Under the pieces are notes generated by a model. That model was not told where the DNA came from, ran no database searches, and saw nothing but the letters and a program-made list of their open reading frames with translations. The translations under genes were made by a program, and so were the position numbers. A stretch of 64,000 bases of DNA from Octopus sinensis (taxonomy: Eukaryota): positions 26,102,001-26,166,000 of the forward strand of contig NC_043012.1 of assembly GCF_006345805.1 (NCBI RefSeq), read 5' to 3'. This document shows, piece after piece, positions 28,689-40,600 of the stretch. How positions within the stretch are numbered: position 1 is the first letter of the stretch; each line of letters begins with the position of its first letter.

Positions 28689-28787
28689 ATTGTGCGCACT
28701 GATGAAGGCTATTGACATAGATATTACATCAATTATGCATTGATATAAACTGTCTAATAAAGGCCAGAAACATATGTACCGCTAAAT
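28689..28787 (+). ncRNA. Hammerhead-like relic
   Basis: CTGATGA at 28699, a long imperfect stem II, GAAA at 28767, palindromic ACATATGT, GUA triplet, degenerate stem I. Confidence 0.5.
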
Positions 28788-28917
28788 CCTTTGCATCCTG
28801 TTTTTCTTTTGATAAATATACTCTATCACCTACACCACTAACTGGCATAGACAGGTGCTTACAGTTATCAAGTATTCACCCTGAATTTTATGTAAATAAT
28901 ATGTATGTATGTATATG

Positions 28918-29009
<92 letters not shown>

Positions 29010-29854
29010 TATATATATATATAATATATATAATATATATATATATATACATCATATGTCAATTTTGCTTCACAGGGAACGTTGTAAATTCAGTAAAATG
29101 CTGAAGTCGACTAAGATTAACGTATTTAATACGATGCCATAGGAATGCTGTCCATTGTTATTCCAGTTGCTTTGCAGGGTTTTCTTCAGAAATAAGAATA
29201 TATACCATTGTTTATGAGGGCAAGTAAAAAGCTCGCAAATGTAGATTACAAAGAGCATTAGCTGTACACTGTGAGAAGTAATACGAAGTACATTATTCTA
29301 TTAAAATGTTTTTCTTCGTCCTTAACCAACGACGAATTTGTCACTATAATTATCTTTTCGTTAGAAGTGTTTCATTTTCTATTAATTTGTACATTAAAGT
29401 TAATTTTTCTTTTATTTTTCTTACCTATTTTTCTTCTTTTTATTTGATTTCACACACATACAACATAGAAACACATTCACATACACACACACACAACACA
29501 CACACACCACACACACACACACATATATATTTGTATATGTTTCATTATTTTTTAAATTTTATTTATTTAGTTCTTTAATTATTTTTTCAAACATTACATG
29601 CTGTTTTTTTTATATATTTTTTTCCACTCTTTTCCTAATATTTTCGTTTTTTATTTTTTTCGTCAAATGATTCTTTTTAATTTAACGTTTCTTTTTCATC
29701 AAAATTAGTCTAGAATTTTCTTTTTCTTCTAACGTTCTGTCTTTTGCGTACTTTCTTCCCTTCCTTCTGTTCTTCATTCTCTTCTTGTCTTTCATTGCTT
29801 TTATTTCTTTTTGTGGTATTTCTCTCTCCCTCCAACTCATTCAGTTTCTTTCCA

Positions 29855-29898
<44 letters not shown>

Positions 29899-30199
29899 TT
29901 CTGTCTGTCCTCCTTTACTTCTTTGTAATTTTTAACGCTCTTCCATTGATTTTTGGCTTAAATTCAAATTAATGATTATCATTAATGTGTTTTCCTCAAC
30001 TTCAGTGGTCAGTACATATGACTGAGAGTAAAACAGGTCTATGTGGTTAAGTGGTTTGCTTGCAACCATCGGCTTCCAGGGTTGATTCTATTATACAATT
30101 GCATGACCGAATATATTTTACAGTAGCCCCCAAATCGACAAATATTCTTGACTGAGATTTTGTAATAAAAAATTAAACCGAAGCGCAATGTGTTTGTGC

Positions 30200-30258
<59 letters not shown>

Positions 30259-30327
30259 TAGATAGATAGGTAGATATACATATATATACATATATATACA
30301 TACACACATATATATGTGTATATATAT

Positions 30328-30649
30328 GTGGAGGCGCAATGGCCTAGTGGTTAGGGCAGCGGACTCGAGGTCGTAGGATCGCGGTTTCCATTTCCAGAAC
30401 GGGTGCTGTGATTATTTATTGAGCAACCTAAAGCTCCACGAGGATCCGGCAAGAAGTAGGGGTGGTGAACCCTGTTGTACTCTTTCACCACAACTTTTTC
30501 TTTCACTCTTTCTTCCTGTTTCTGCTGTAACTGTTTTCAAAGGACCAGCCTTATCACGTGTTTGTAAAGTGATCAGTTAATTTCACGAGCACGCTGTTCA
30601 CTTGATCGGATCAACTGAAACCCTCGTCGTCGTAACAGACGGAGTGGCA
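30328..30649 (+). mobile_element. SINE family C immediately left of PLE1
   Basis: gtggaggcgcaatggcctagtggttagggcagcggactcg...ccctcgtcgtcgtaacagacggagtg. Confidence 0.82.
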
Positions 30650-30651
30650 TG

Positions 30652-30694
<43 letters not shown>

Positions 30695-30791
30695 GAGATG
30701 TGGAACACGAGTTGTGATATATAAAAAAGGAAATGAAGGAAATGCTGACAAAATAATTTAAGTAATTTAACTAATTTAATTAGGTGAAAGT

Positions 30792-30831
30792 TCTTTTTAC
30801 CGGTTGCGCATTTGTTATGCTTATCAAAAGA
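30792..30831 (-). ncRNA. Second copy of the hammerhead-like motif in the PLE1 3' UTR
   Basis: Exact reverse complement of 34934-34973. Confidence 0.6.
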
Positions 30832-31659
30832 TGTTTTTTTAAGAGAGATAGAGTTACTTTCTGATAGATTTTTTCCTCTTATCTGACTTTATGTTGGGTT
30901 TGCTGTCTCTTATATGTGAAAAAAGAGGCCCCAGAGATGTTTAAGATTTGCTTGGTTTCGCGCCTAAAATTTCTTGTGGGAAATGGTCAATACAATTTTT
31001 ATTGGTCATTATGAAGGGGTCACGTGAATGTTTGAATGGAAGTTGGTGTTGGGGTAAGAAGAAAGGCTCCAAAGAAGTTAAAATTTGGCTAGTGTCGCGC
31101 CTAAAATTTCTTATTGGTCATAATAAAGAGGTCACGTGGATGTGGTCATAATAGAGAGGTCATGTGAATGTTTAGAATTTTCGAAAATCGCGTTGTTATA
31201 AATTCTTATTGTTCAGGCTGGTCAGTAGACGTCATGTGGATATTTTAAATAGCTTTTTAGCGCGTAGTTAGGGAGTGTATTTTCCGCTTGACTGAATTTG
31301 AGCTGGATAAGTAAGTTCGTTTAGGACAGGAAGAGCTGTATGTATGTATGTGTGCGCGTGCGCGTGTGTGTGTTTATATGTATGTTGGGGCGCGCGCGCG
31401 TGTATATATGTGTGCGTGTGTGGGTACAATTTTCACTATTTATAGTTCTGCTGGCATTGTGCCTGTATCGGGAAGCAACGTGTTTGTGTGAAGTGAATAT
31501 TTACAGTCATTTCCAAAAAATAGTGTTGGATGTTTTGCACCCGTATCCAATTATGTGTATGTGTGGAACCATATATTTGCGTGTGTCATGGTGTTAATAT
31601 CTGGGTAAAAGTGTGTGTAGGGTGTGTGCAGGTGTAAGTGTGTTTGTTGTGGGTTCGTG

Positions 31660-33870
31660 TTAGGGGGATGTGTTTAGAAGTGGTCTGTATTTATTAATAA
31701 GGTGGGATTCCATGGTTATTCGCTGGGTATGAGTGGCATTGTCTTTAAATTTGTAGAGGGGAAAGATTCTAAAATTGGGATGAAGTTGTGCGGCACTGGT
31801 ATCAATATGTGCACTAAGTGCTATTTTTCTGTATTCCTGTATTTTTATTTGGGATTTGTGGACAGTCATGCGTTGGCGGAGGCTATTTTTAGTTTGGCCT
31901 ATATAGTGTTCATTACATCCCGAGCAAGTTAAGACATATACTAGGTTTTCTGATGCGCATGTGAAGTTGTGTTTTACTGTGAAACGTTGTCCTTGTTTAA
32001 AAAGGAATTCCGGACCTTCTATTAGGTTGATGCATATACCACAGTTGGGTCTATTGCATTTGTTTACTGTGGGTTTAGTTGTTGTGGTTGGCAGTACTTT
32101 GGCATTTGTTAGGATGGTTTTCAATGATTTGGGTTGCCTTTTGCTCTTCATGATTTCGTGTGTTAGGAGGATTTGGTTCATTCTATGGTCCTTTTTTAAT
32201 ACAGGAATATTCTGGAGGATGGTGTCAAAAGCTTCATTTTTGAGGGGGTTGTGTGTAGAGATGTATGGTAGAGTAGGGGGTTTCGATGTAACAGGTTTAG
32301 GGCGTCTAAGTTCCTGTGTGCTGAGTTTTAGGGCGCGTTGAATTCCATTGTCAATTAGTGACGTGGGGTAATCCCTGCTTGTTAATGCGTCCTTGAGTTC
32401 TTGTAGACGTAAGAGACGGGTGTTTTTATCGGAGACTATAGTGCAAATTCTCTTCGCTAAGTTGTAGGGAATGTTAATTTTAACGTGTCTAGGGTGGCAT
32501 GAATTGAAAGGGAGGTATTGCTTGGAGTCTGTGGGCTTGTAGTATATGTCTGTTTCTATTTTTTTGTTGTGAATTTTAATGAGGATGTCGAGGAAGGGAA
32601 TTTGTTGAGGGCTGTATTCCATTGTGAAAATAATGTTTGTGTTGAGCCCATTTATAAGGGTGGGAAATTCTTTAAGCTTCTCGGCGGTTTCGGGCCAAAG
32701 GATGAAGCAGTCATCAAGATATCTCTTCCAGTTCTTCTCTATGTGTGTGTGGGGAGTGGTGCCAAATTGGTTAAGAACGTTATCATAGAGGGTGATTTCC
32801 AGGTATCCCATGACTAGGTTGGCGTACGTGGGAGCTGTTTTCGTTCCCATTGCCGTCCCTGATTTCTGTCTGTAGAATTTGTTGTTGAAGGTGAAGAAAT
32901 TATTCTCTAAGATGAATTTGAGTCCTTCTAAAATAAATTCCTTTTTGATGCGGTGTGGGGGTTCGTTGGAGTAATTATCCAGCCAGAATTAGATAGCTTC
33001 TATTCCTAGGTTGTGGGGGATGTAGGAGTAAAGATTAAGTACATCGAATGTTACTAGCAGGGTTTGTTCAGCAAGAAGTGTATTGGGGAGGTGGCTGAGC
33101 ATATCTAGATCGTACCTTATGTAGCTTTAAATGTGTTTGAGGAACGGCTTGAGAAGGATATCAATGAAGTTGCTAAGGCGGTGGATTTCGCAGGCGGGAC
33201 CTGCTATTATAGGTCTCAATTTGAGGTCATTTGGTGAGGGGACATTGATTACAGAGTTTGTGGCTTCCTTGCATGCCTTACTTATTAATTCGCTTTTATG
33301 AATTTTGGGAATACCGTAGAAGAGGCTGGTTTTACTAGTGAAATTTGTGATGAAGTTGAATTCTTTGTTAGTGAGTTCTTCTTTGTGGGGGTTGATCAGG
33401 GTTTTTAAGTTTCTCATAATTTTCTGTTGATTGTAGTGTTCAGCCTTTTCGTAATATGTTGCATTTTCCAAGGTGGAGAGTGCTAAATTGATATAGTATT
33501 CTGTCTGCATTAAGACTACTGCACTTCATTTATCGGCCTCTTTAATGGTGATAGATCTTTCATTTTTTAATTTGTTTAATTCTTCCCACTATTTCTTGTT
33601 GAGGTTTGGTTTGGGTTTTGGTTTGTGTAAGTGTTGGTAGGGGAAGTTTGTAATGTGGTCACAGAATTCGTCTAGGATTTTATTTCTACCTTTTGGTGGG
33701 GTGTAGTTGCTTTTATTTCTAGCTAGTGACTCATCCTCATTGTGCTGGTCGAATAGTCCCTCACTAAGTCGCAATTTTCTACAAAATTCTGTAATGTCTT
33801 CCTTCATTTCGTAGTAGTTTGGACGTGGGGGGGGGGTTAGTGTGAATTTCAGACCTTTGGAGAGTAGGCC
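31660..33870 (-). pseudogene. Penelope-type reverse transcriptase + GIY-YIG endonuclease, one frame with four nonsense codons
   Basis: ORF pieces 33589-33807, 33127-33510 and 31660-32850 share one frame (2211 nt, no frameshift). Stops lie at 33589, 33526, 33127 and 32989. Motifs: LLSKGLKF, EADK*SAVV, LVTFDVLNLYSYIP, YRQKSGTAMGTKTAPTYANL, WKRYLDDCF, CNRPNCGIC, NLVYVLTCSGCNEHYIGQT. Confidence 0.92.
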
Positions 33871-35040
33871 AAACTAAAAATAGCCTCCGCCAACGCATGA
33901 CTGTCCACAAATCCCAAATAAAAATACAGGAATACAGAAAAATAGCACTTAGTGCACATATTGATACCTGTGCCGCACAACTTCATCCCAATTTTAGAAT
34001 CTTTCCCCTCTACAAATTTAAAGACAATGCCACTCATACCCAGCGAATAACCATGGAATCCCACCTTATTAATAAATACAGACCACTTCTAAACACATCC
34101 CCCTAACACGAACCCACAACAAACACACTTACACCTGCACACACCCTACACACACTTTTACCCAGATATAACACCATGACACACGCAAATATATGGTTCC
34201 ACACATACACATAATTGGATACGGGTGCAAAACATCCAACACTATTTTTTGGAAATGACTGTAAATATTCACTTCACACAAACACGTTGCTTCCCGATAC
34301 AGGCACAATGCCAGCAGAACTATAAAAAGTGAAAATTGTACCCACACACGCACACATATATACACGCGCGCGCGCCCCAACATACATATAAACACACACA
34401 CACGCACGCGCACACATACATCCTTTCAGCTCTTCCTGTCCTAAACGAACTTACTTATCCAGCTCAAATTCAGTCAAGCGGAAAATACACTCCCTAACTA
34501 CGCGCTAAAAAGCTATTTAAAATATCCACATGACATCTACTGACCAGCCTGAACAATAAGAATTTACAACAACGCGATTTTCGAAAATTCTAAACATTCA
34601 CATGACCTCTCTATTATGACCACATCCACGTGACCTCTTTATTATGACCAATAAGAAATTTTAGGCGCGACACTAGCCAAATTTTAACTTCTCTGGAGCC
34701 TTTTTTCTTACCCCAACACCAACTTCCATTCAAACATTCACGTGACCCCTTCATAATGACCAATAAAAATTGTATTGACCATTTCCCACAAGAAATTTTA
34801 GGCGCGAAACCAAGCAAATCTTAAACAACTCTGGAGCCTCTTTTTTCACATATAAGAGACAGCAAACCCAACATAAAGTCAGATAAGAGGAAAAAATCTA
34901 TTAGAAAGTAACTCTATCTCTCTTAAAAAAATATCTTTTGATAAGCATAACAAATGCGCAACCGGTAAAAAGAACTTTCACCTAATTAAATTACTTAAAT
35001 TACTTAAATTATTTTGTCACCATTTTCTTCGTTTCCTTTT
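33865..35040 (+). repeat. Inverted pseudo-LTR arm of PLE1 (end of endonuclease + 3' UTR); mirror of 30721-31901
   Basis: ORF 33897-34106 repeats the C-terminal 69 aa of 31660-32850 almost exactly (MTVHKSQIKIQEYRK...LLNTSP). The downstream non-coding sequence also matches in reverse complement. Confidence 0.95.
34934..34973 (+). ncRNA. Minimal type-I hammerhead-like motif (variant core) in PLE1 pLTR
   Basis: TCTT-TTGATAA-GCAT(AACAA)ATGC-GCA-ACCGGT-A-AAAAGA: core-like UUGAUAA, 4-bp stem II, GCAA in place of GAAA, palindromic ACCGGT stem III, GUA triplet. Confidence 0.6.
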
Positions 35041-35047
35041 ATATATA

Positions 35048-35133
<86 letters not shown>

Positions 35134-35150
35134 ATATATATATATATATA

Positions 35151-35400
35151 TGGAGGTGCAATGGCCCAGTGGTTAGTACAGCGGATTCGCGGTCGTAGGA
35201 TCGCGGTTTCGATTCCCAGACCGGGCTTTGTGAGTGTTTATAGAGCGAAAACACCTAAAGCTCCACAAAGCTCCGGCAGGGGGGGGGGAGATCCCTGCTG
35301 TACTCTTCGCCACAACTGTCTCACTCTTTCTCCAGTTGGCCTGCTCGCTTAGCCAGCGGGGTAGCGTCATTTGATAGCCTGGTCGGTCACGGTGATCACG
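35151..35400 (+). mobile_element. SINE family C immediately right of PLE1
   Basis: tggaggtgcaatggcccagtggttag...ggtttcgattccc. Confidence 0.82.
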
Positions 35401-35404
35401 GTGA

Positions 35405-35463
<59 letters not shown>

Positions 35464-35574
35464 ATTGCGTGTGAATATGTGTAATAATTGCTTTCTTTTT
35501 TTGGGGGGAATCGTATCTCGAAGCACATTATTGCTATAAATCGCTTCTAATCTTGGCACAAGCTTAGCAATTAT

Positions 35575-35740
35575 TAAGGCCAAAAAGAAATCAATTATAT
35601 CGACCCCTGAGACGAACCGGTGCTTATTTTATACCCCCACCCACGAAAGGATGAAAATCAAAGTCGATTGCGATGGAAACGAAACACCGGCAAGTATTTT
35701 GTCTGGTGTGCTAACGATACTCAGAGTTCATCACCTTCAT
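35575..35740 (-). mobile_element. Decayed SINE family A copy
   Basis: attatatcgacccc...ggtgcttatttt...gaaaggatgaaaatcaaagtcga. Confidence 0.55.
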
Positions 35741-35920
35741 AAATGCAATAATTACTAGTTTATATATATTGTACTATATTGGATTAAAAAAATCCTTCGA
35801 CTTTCTAAACCATTTATAGCCTTTATGTGCTTCGAGATACTAACCACCTGCCCAAAAATAATTTACCTTTTAATGATAGTTACTACATTGTTATAACATC
35901 GACAACTTTATATATATATA

Positions 35921-36460
35921 CTAGTAGCATAGCCCGGCGTTGCCCGGGTATGTAAGAGCCCCTAGTAGGCAACGACTAATCCCAATCTAGTCCTTTCCCT
36001 CTAGGAAACGAAGGCGCATGTGTAGGCTGCAATGTCTTCTGTGTATACGATGTTCCTAGCTGTCCCTTTGGGCGAAAACGCGATTTCCTAAAATGGCATG
36101 ATTTTATCGATTTTTTCTGATGGTAAGGTATTGCATGGAAAACTAACGTCAGAATTAAGTTTTTTAAGGTAACATTAAGCTTCACCATGAGTTTGGTGAA
36201 AATCGATTGCAAGTTGCGAAAACTACAACAGAAAATGTGTTGCATATAAAAAGCTGAGATTTTAGACCCCATGTCGAATTTATCGATTTTTATCGAAACT
36301 GGGGTAACTTTTCAAAATGTTCGCTGCGTCAGTTTTGAATTATGACATTGGGCTATGTGTGTGTTCAGTTTCATCAGAATCGGTTCGAAGCCGTGGTCAG
36401 GGTGAGGGTACAACCTGACAGACACACAGACACACAGACAGACAAACTGCCGTTTATGTA
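35921..36460 (-). mobile_element. Non-autonomous Helitron-type element
   Basis: The minus-strand end reads cccgggcaacgccggg hairpin, 8 nt, CTAG|T (CTAG at 35921-35924). A (CAGA/CA)n tract lies near the other end, and the element sits in (TA)n. Confidence 0.7.
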
Positions 36461-37285
36461 TATATATATATATATGAAAGTGTGTGTAGTGTGTGTATGT
36501 GATTGTATATATGTATGATAGGTTTTTGTGTGAATATGAGTATTTGTAACTGAGTGTAACGTAAATCATTTACATGAATGTGTTCAATAAAAATCCATTT
36601 ACCTTGCTTTATAAAAGGGACTTCTGTATTAAATTTACATTTTAAGGCAGAAGTACTCTTTACGCTGATACAGTATGTAACGTAATTAATATGCGTCAGT
36701 AGCGAATGTACAGCTATTCAAATGAATAAAATCGATGCAAGCAATGCATAGCATTTTATTTTTATGCAATTATAATCTACTTTCTCTGCGTAACTAACTG
36801 TGTATGTGCTACCGAAACTGGTCGAATTGTTCTTCCAGATATTACGAGGTAAGTACGGACAATATGAATAGGAGAGCATCTACACAACAGCTGCCTTGCT
36901 CTTATGAGTGTATATGTAAGTATAACTGTATCTATAGATATGGATATAAAATATACATACATGCATGAACACACATGCACACACACAAACACACACAAAC
37001 ACATGCACACATAAATTTATATACATGTATATATACGTACACATATTAACACACATACACTCACACTCACACTCACATACACAACCACCCCCACTCCCCC
37101 CCACAAACTTATATATGTATGTGTGTATGTGCGTCTATGTGTGTTGTTTGTGATTGTGTGTTTGTATGTGTATAACATATATATATATATATACATATAT
37201 ATATGCATATATATATATATACATATAATATATATACATATATATATGCATATATATATTATAATATATAATTATATATATATAC

Positions 37286-37335
<50 letters not shown>

Positions 37336-37336
37336 C

Positions 37337-37374
<38 letters not shown>

Positions 37375-37650
37375 AAGCATGGCAAGGAAAAATTGTAAAA
37401 AGGCAGAATGCTAAATTATAAAGAAAATTTTTTTTTTTAATGTGAGGAGGGGGAAAAAAGAAAATTACATTGTTTTTTGCAAAAAAATAATAAATATATA
37501 CAAAAATTAAAAAATAGGTACTCCGATACGTTGTAAAGTCTTTATGTATCTTGAGTTTGATGATAGTTCACGAAAAAATTACCTTGAAGTATTGAGATCC
37601 AATGGGATTAAATCCATGTATAATAAAAATAATAATAATAATAATAATAA

Positions 37651-40600
37651 TCCAACAACATCGTTGCAATGGAAGAAAGGTTCCACAAAATATCTTTTCC
37701 AAATGTTCTTTTAAGGCAAAATAACTAAAAAGTCCGAACTATTATTGCCATATATAGTATGGTTTTCTTTCTTTTATGCATAATATTTCCATGTGACATG
37801 CATAAGAAATAGAAGCGAACATCAGAGCTCTGAAAAGACAGTAAGTATATAAATTGATTAATTAATTAATTAATTAAATAAGTATACATGCAACTGTTTA
37901 TGCATACACGTAGACATTTTAATTGTAAAGTATACATGCAACTGTTTGTGCATACATGTACACATTTTAATTATAAAGCATAATAATGCTTACACGCGCT
38001 CACACGTACACACAGAAAGAAAAACCACATTACGCGGACGAAAACAAAACAAAAACAAAGCGATTTTTCACGAACAAACGCAAAAAAGAGCAAATTGGTC
38101 ACTGAATTTAGAAAGTCACTGAACAGTTATGCCCGGAAACATGACTACCAAAATAAAGAGGCGAATTTCGATCTGTAAGTCTTATGCGAGTTCGATATGA
38201 ACAATATATTAATTCGGAGAATTCAGAAGCGGTGTTTTGTCAAAAAATTGACCCTGTACAACAGCCCCTTCCTCTAACGTCACCGTCACAGAGGCGGCGT
38301 CTTGTCAAAAAGTTGACTCTGAAAAAATGGACCCCTCTGATGTCGCCGTCAATCATTTAATGAAAACAAGCCAAAAATCATGCCGGATCGGTCATCGCCC
38401 GGGACAACAAGGACCGCGTTACCCAGTAGGGAACCAGACTGGGGTCGAAAAGTTTGCTGCTGGAACAAACTCTCAAAAAGACGATCTACCAGGTGACCAG
38501 AACCAGAATACTTCTAACTCTGGACTTGTAGTGACACCACCAAAAACACCACCTAAAGCAAAACGTATAAAATGGACCAGAGAGGACTATAGAGATGTGT
38601 TGAAAGCTTTTTATACAGCCCAACTAAACCCAAACAATAACCTCAGTGTACAAACATACATCTCATGGAGAAATTCAGTAGGCAATGACGTACGTAGATA
38701 TATAGACGCAAATAAATAAGTAATGTACGCAGAGATATAATTAAAAACAAAAGACTAACTGACGCTGAAATTGACAAAATTAGGACACTAATAGCTCATG
38801 GTAGACCAAAAGAAAACAGCAACAATGTAGACGAAATAGGTAACAGTAGCACAGAAGCCAGTGTACAAGCGGCAAATCAACTTCCCAATGGGGAAGTTAA
38901 ACAAAGAATAGCGAAGACGAGAGATTTGAAAAAAGAGGAGAACGTAGACCTTCCTCAAGAAAACCAAAATAGATATGACATAGAATTGAGGAATAATAGA
39001 GAAAAGATTATGGAAGCAAAAGTGGACATTATGAGAGAACTCGGCAAGATTGAGCTCACTGACATGGTTAATAGAGAACCACTACCAAAGTTTTCAAATG
39101 GCACAAGAAATAACAACACAATCATGACATATAACGTTGCCCTAGGACAGATCTTAAGAAATAAGGGGAATGATTTGACAACCTTAAATAATCTCATTTA
39201 TTCCACTGCTAAAGTAGTAACTACCCAACTAGGTATTAAGATGACAAAGAAAAAGGCCAGGCATGTCAATGAACCTCCTAAGTGGAAAGTAGCGATACAA
39301 AAAGAGATTGAATCTCTGCGGGCGGATGTTTCAGTTCTCGATGAGCTTGCTAGAGGAGTGAATATTAAGCCGAGAAAAGCTAGAAAAATCAAGCAAAAAT
39401 ATAAAATCAAAGATCTCATAAACCTCCCTGCAACTAAGGAACTGTTGAAACAACGGATACAGTTGAAAGCTCAACGGCTTAGAAGGTATGACAAAAGAAA
39501 CAAATTTTATCGACAAAATAATTTTTTAAGACAGATGCAAAGAAATTTTATAGGGAAATTGGCAAAAATAAAATACACATAGAAGATCCACCTAAGATTG
39601 AGGAAGTGGAGGAGTTCTGGAAGAAGGTATGGAGCAACGAAAAAGAGTTTAATGCTGAGGCTGACTGGATAGAACGTGAGAAAGAGAGACTGGATGAACT
39701 TGAAGAACAGAAATGGGAAGCAATAGGAATAGAGGAGCTAAGGTGTGTCCTTAGAAGGCTCATAAATGGAAAACCCCAGGACTGGATCGGATCCCTAACT
39801 TCTGGCTGAATTGTTTGACAGAGGTACACGAACATCTCGCTGCATCTCTGTCTGATGTCATTCAGAACCCAGAGCAAATACCTGCTTGGCTGACTGAAGG
39901 AACCACCTACCTATTACCTAAAACCGAAGACACAAAAACCCAAAGAATTACCGGCCAATAACATGTCTCAACACCACCTACAAAATCCTCACATCCATAA
40001 TAACGGAGAGAATGTACGCTTTCCTTGAACAAAATTCTATCCTTCCACAAGCTCAAAAAGGTTGTAAAAGAAACTCTTATGGGTGCAAAGACCAATTGCT
40101 CATAAACAGAATGATTGTAGAGAATTGCCGGAGCAAAAACAAAAACCTGAGTATGGCATGGATAGACTACAGGAAAGCGTATGACAGTGTCCCACATAAA
40201 TGGATACTCAAGGCCCTTGAGATATACAAGATCTCTCCTGTCGTCTCAAAATTCTTAGAGAATAGCATGACCATGTGGAACACACGTCTCTTTCTAAGCC
40301 ATAGTAATGGGATGAGCCAGTCCAACAGCATCAACATCAAACGAGGCCTTTCAAGGTGACTCCCTCTCTCCATTACTTTTTTGCATGGCACTGATCCCAC
40401 TCTCAAACGAATTGGATAGTACCAGATATGGGTACAAAGTTTTTAGTAAGTTAATAAACCCTTTTCTATATGGACGACCTAAAGCTGTTTGCCAGGAATG
40501 ACCAAGAGCTAGAAGGGCTGCTAACAACTGTTAAAGAGTTTAGCAATGATATCGGAATGGATTTTGGCCTTGATAAGTGTGCTAAAGCAACTTTTGTAAG

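Larger units (their letters stand above)
30721..35040 (-). mobile_element. Penelope-like retroelement (PLE1), 5'-truncated, with inverted pseudo-LTR arms, inserted in a (TA)n tract
   Basis: Minus-strand RT plus GIY-YIG frame at 31660-33870. Segment 30721-31901 is repeated in inverted orientation at 33865-35040. (TA)n flanks both ends. Confidence 0.93.

Noticed and set aside
31702-32817. Plus-strand ORFs over the Penelope element (and minus-strand ORFs over the Dong element)
   Set aside because: Antisense shadows of real retroelement coding frames.
30328-35400. Family C SINEs on both sides of PLE1 as possible LTRs or target-site duplication
   Set aside because: The two copies differ substantially and have different 3' parts; they are independent insertions into (TA)n.
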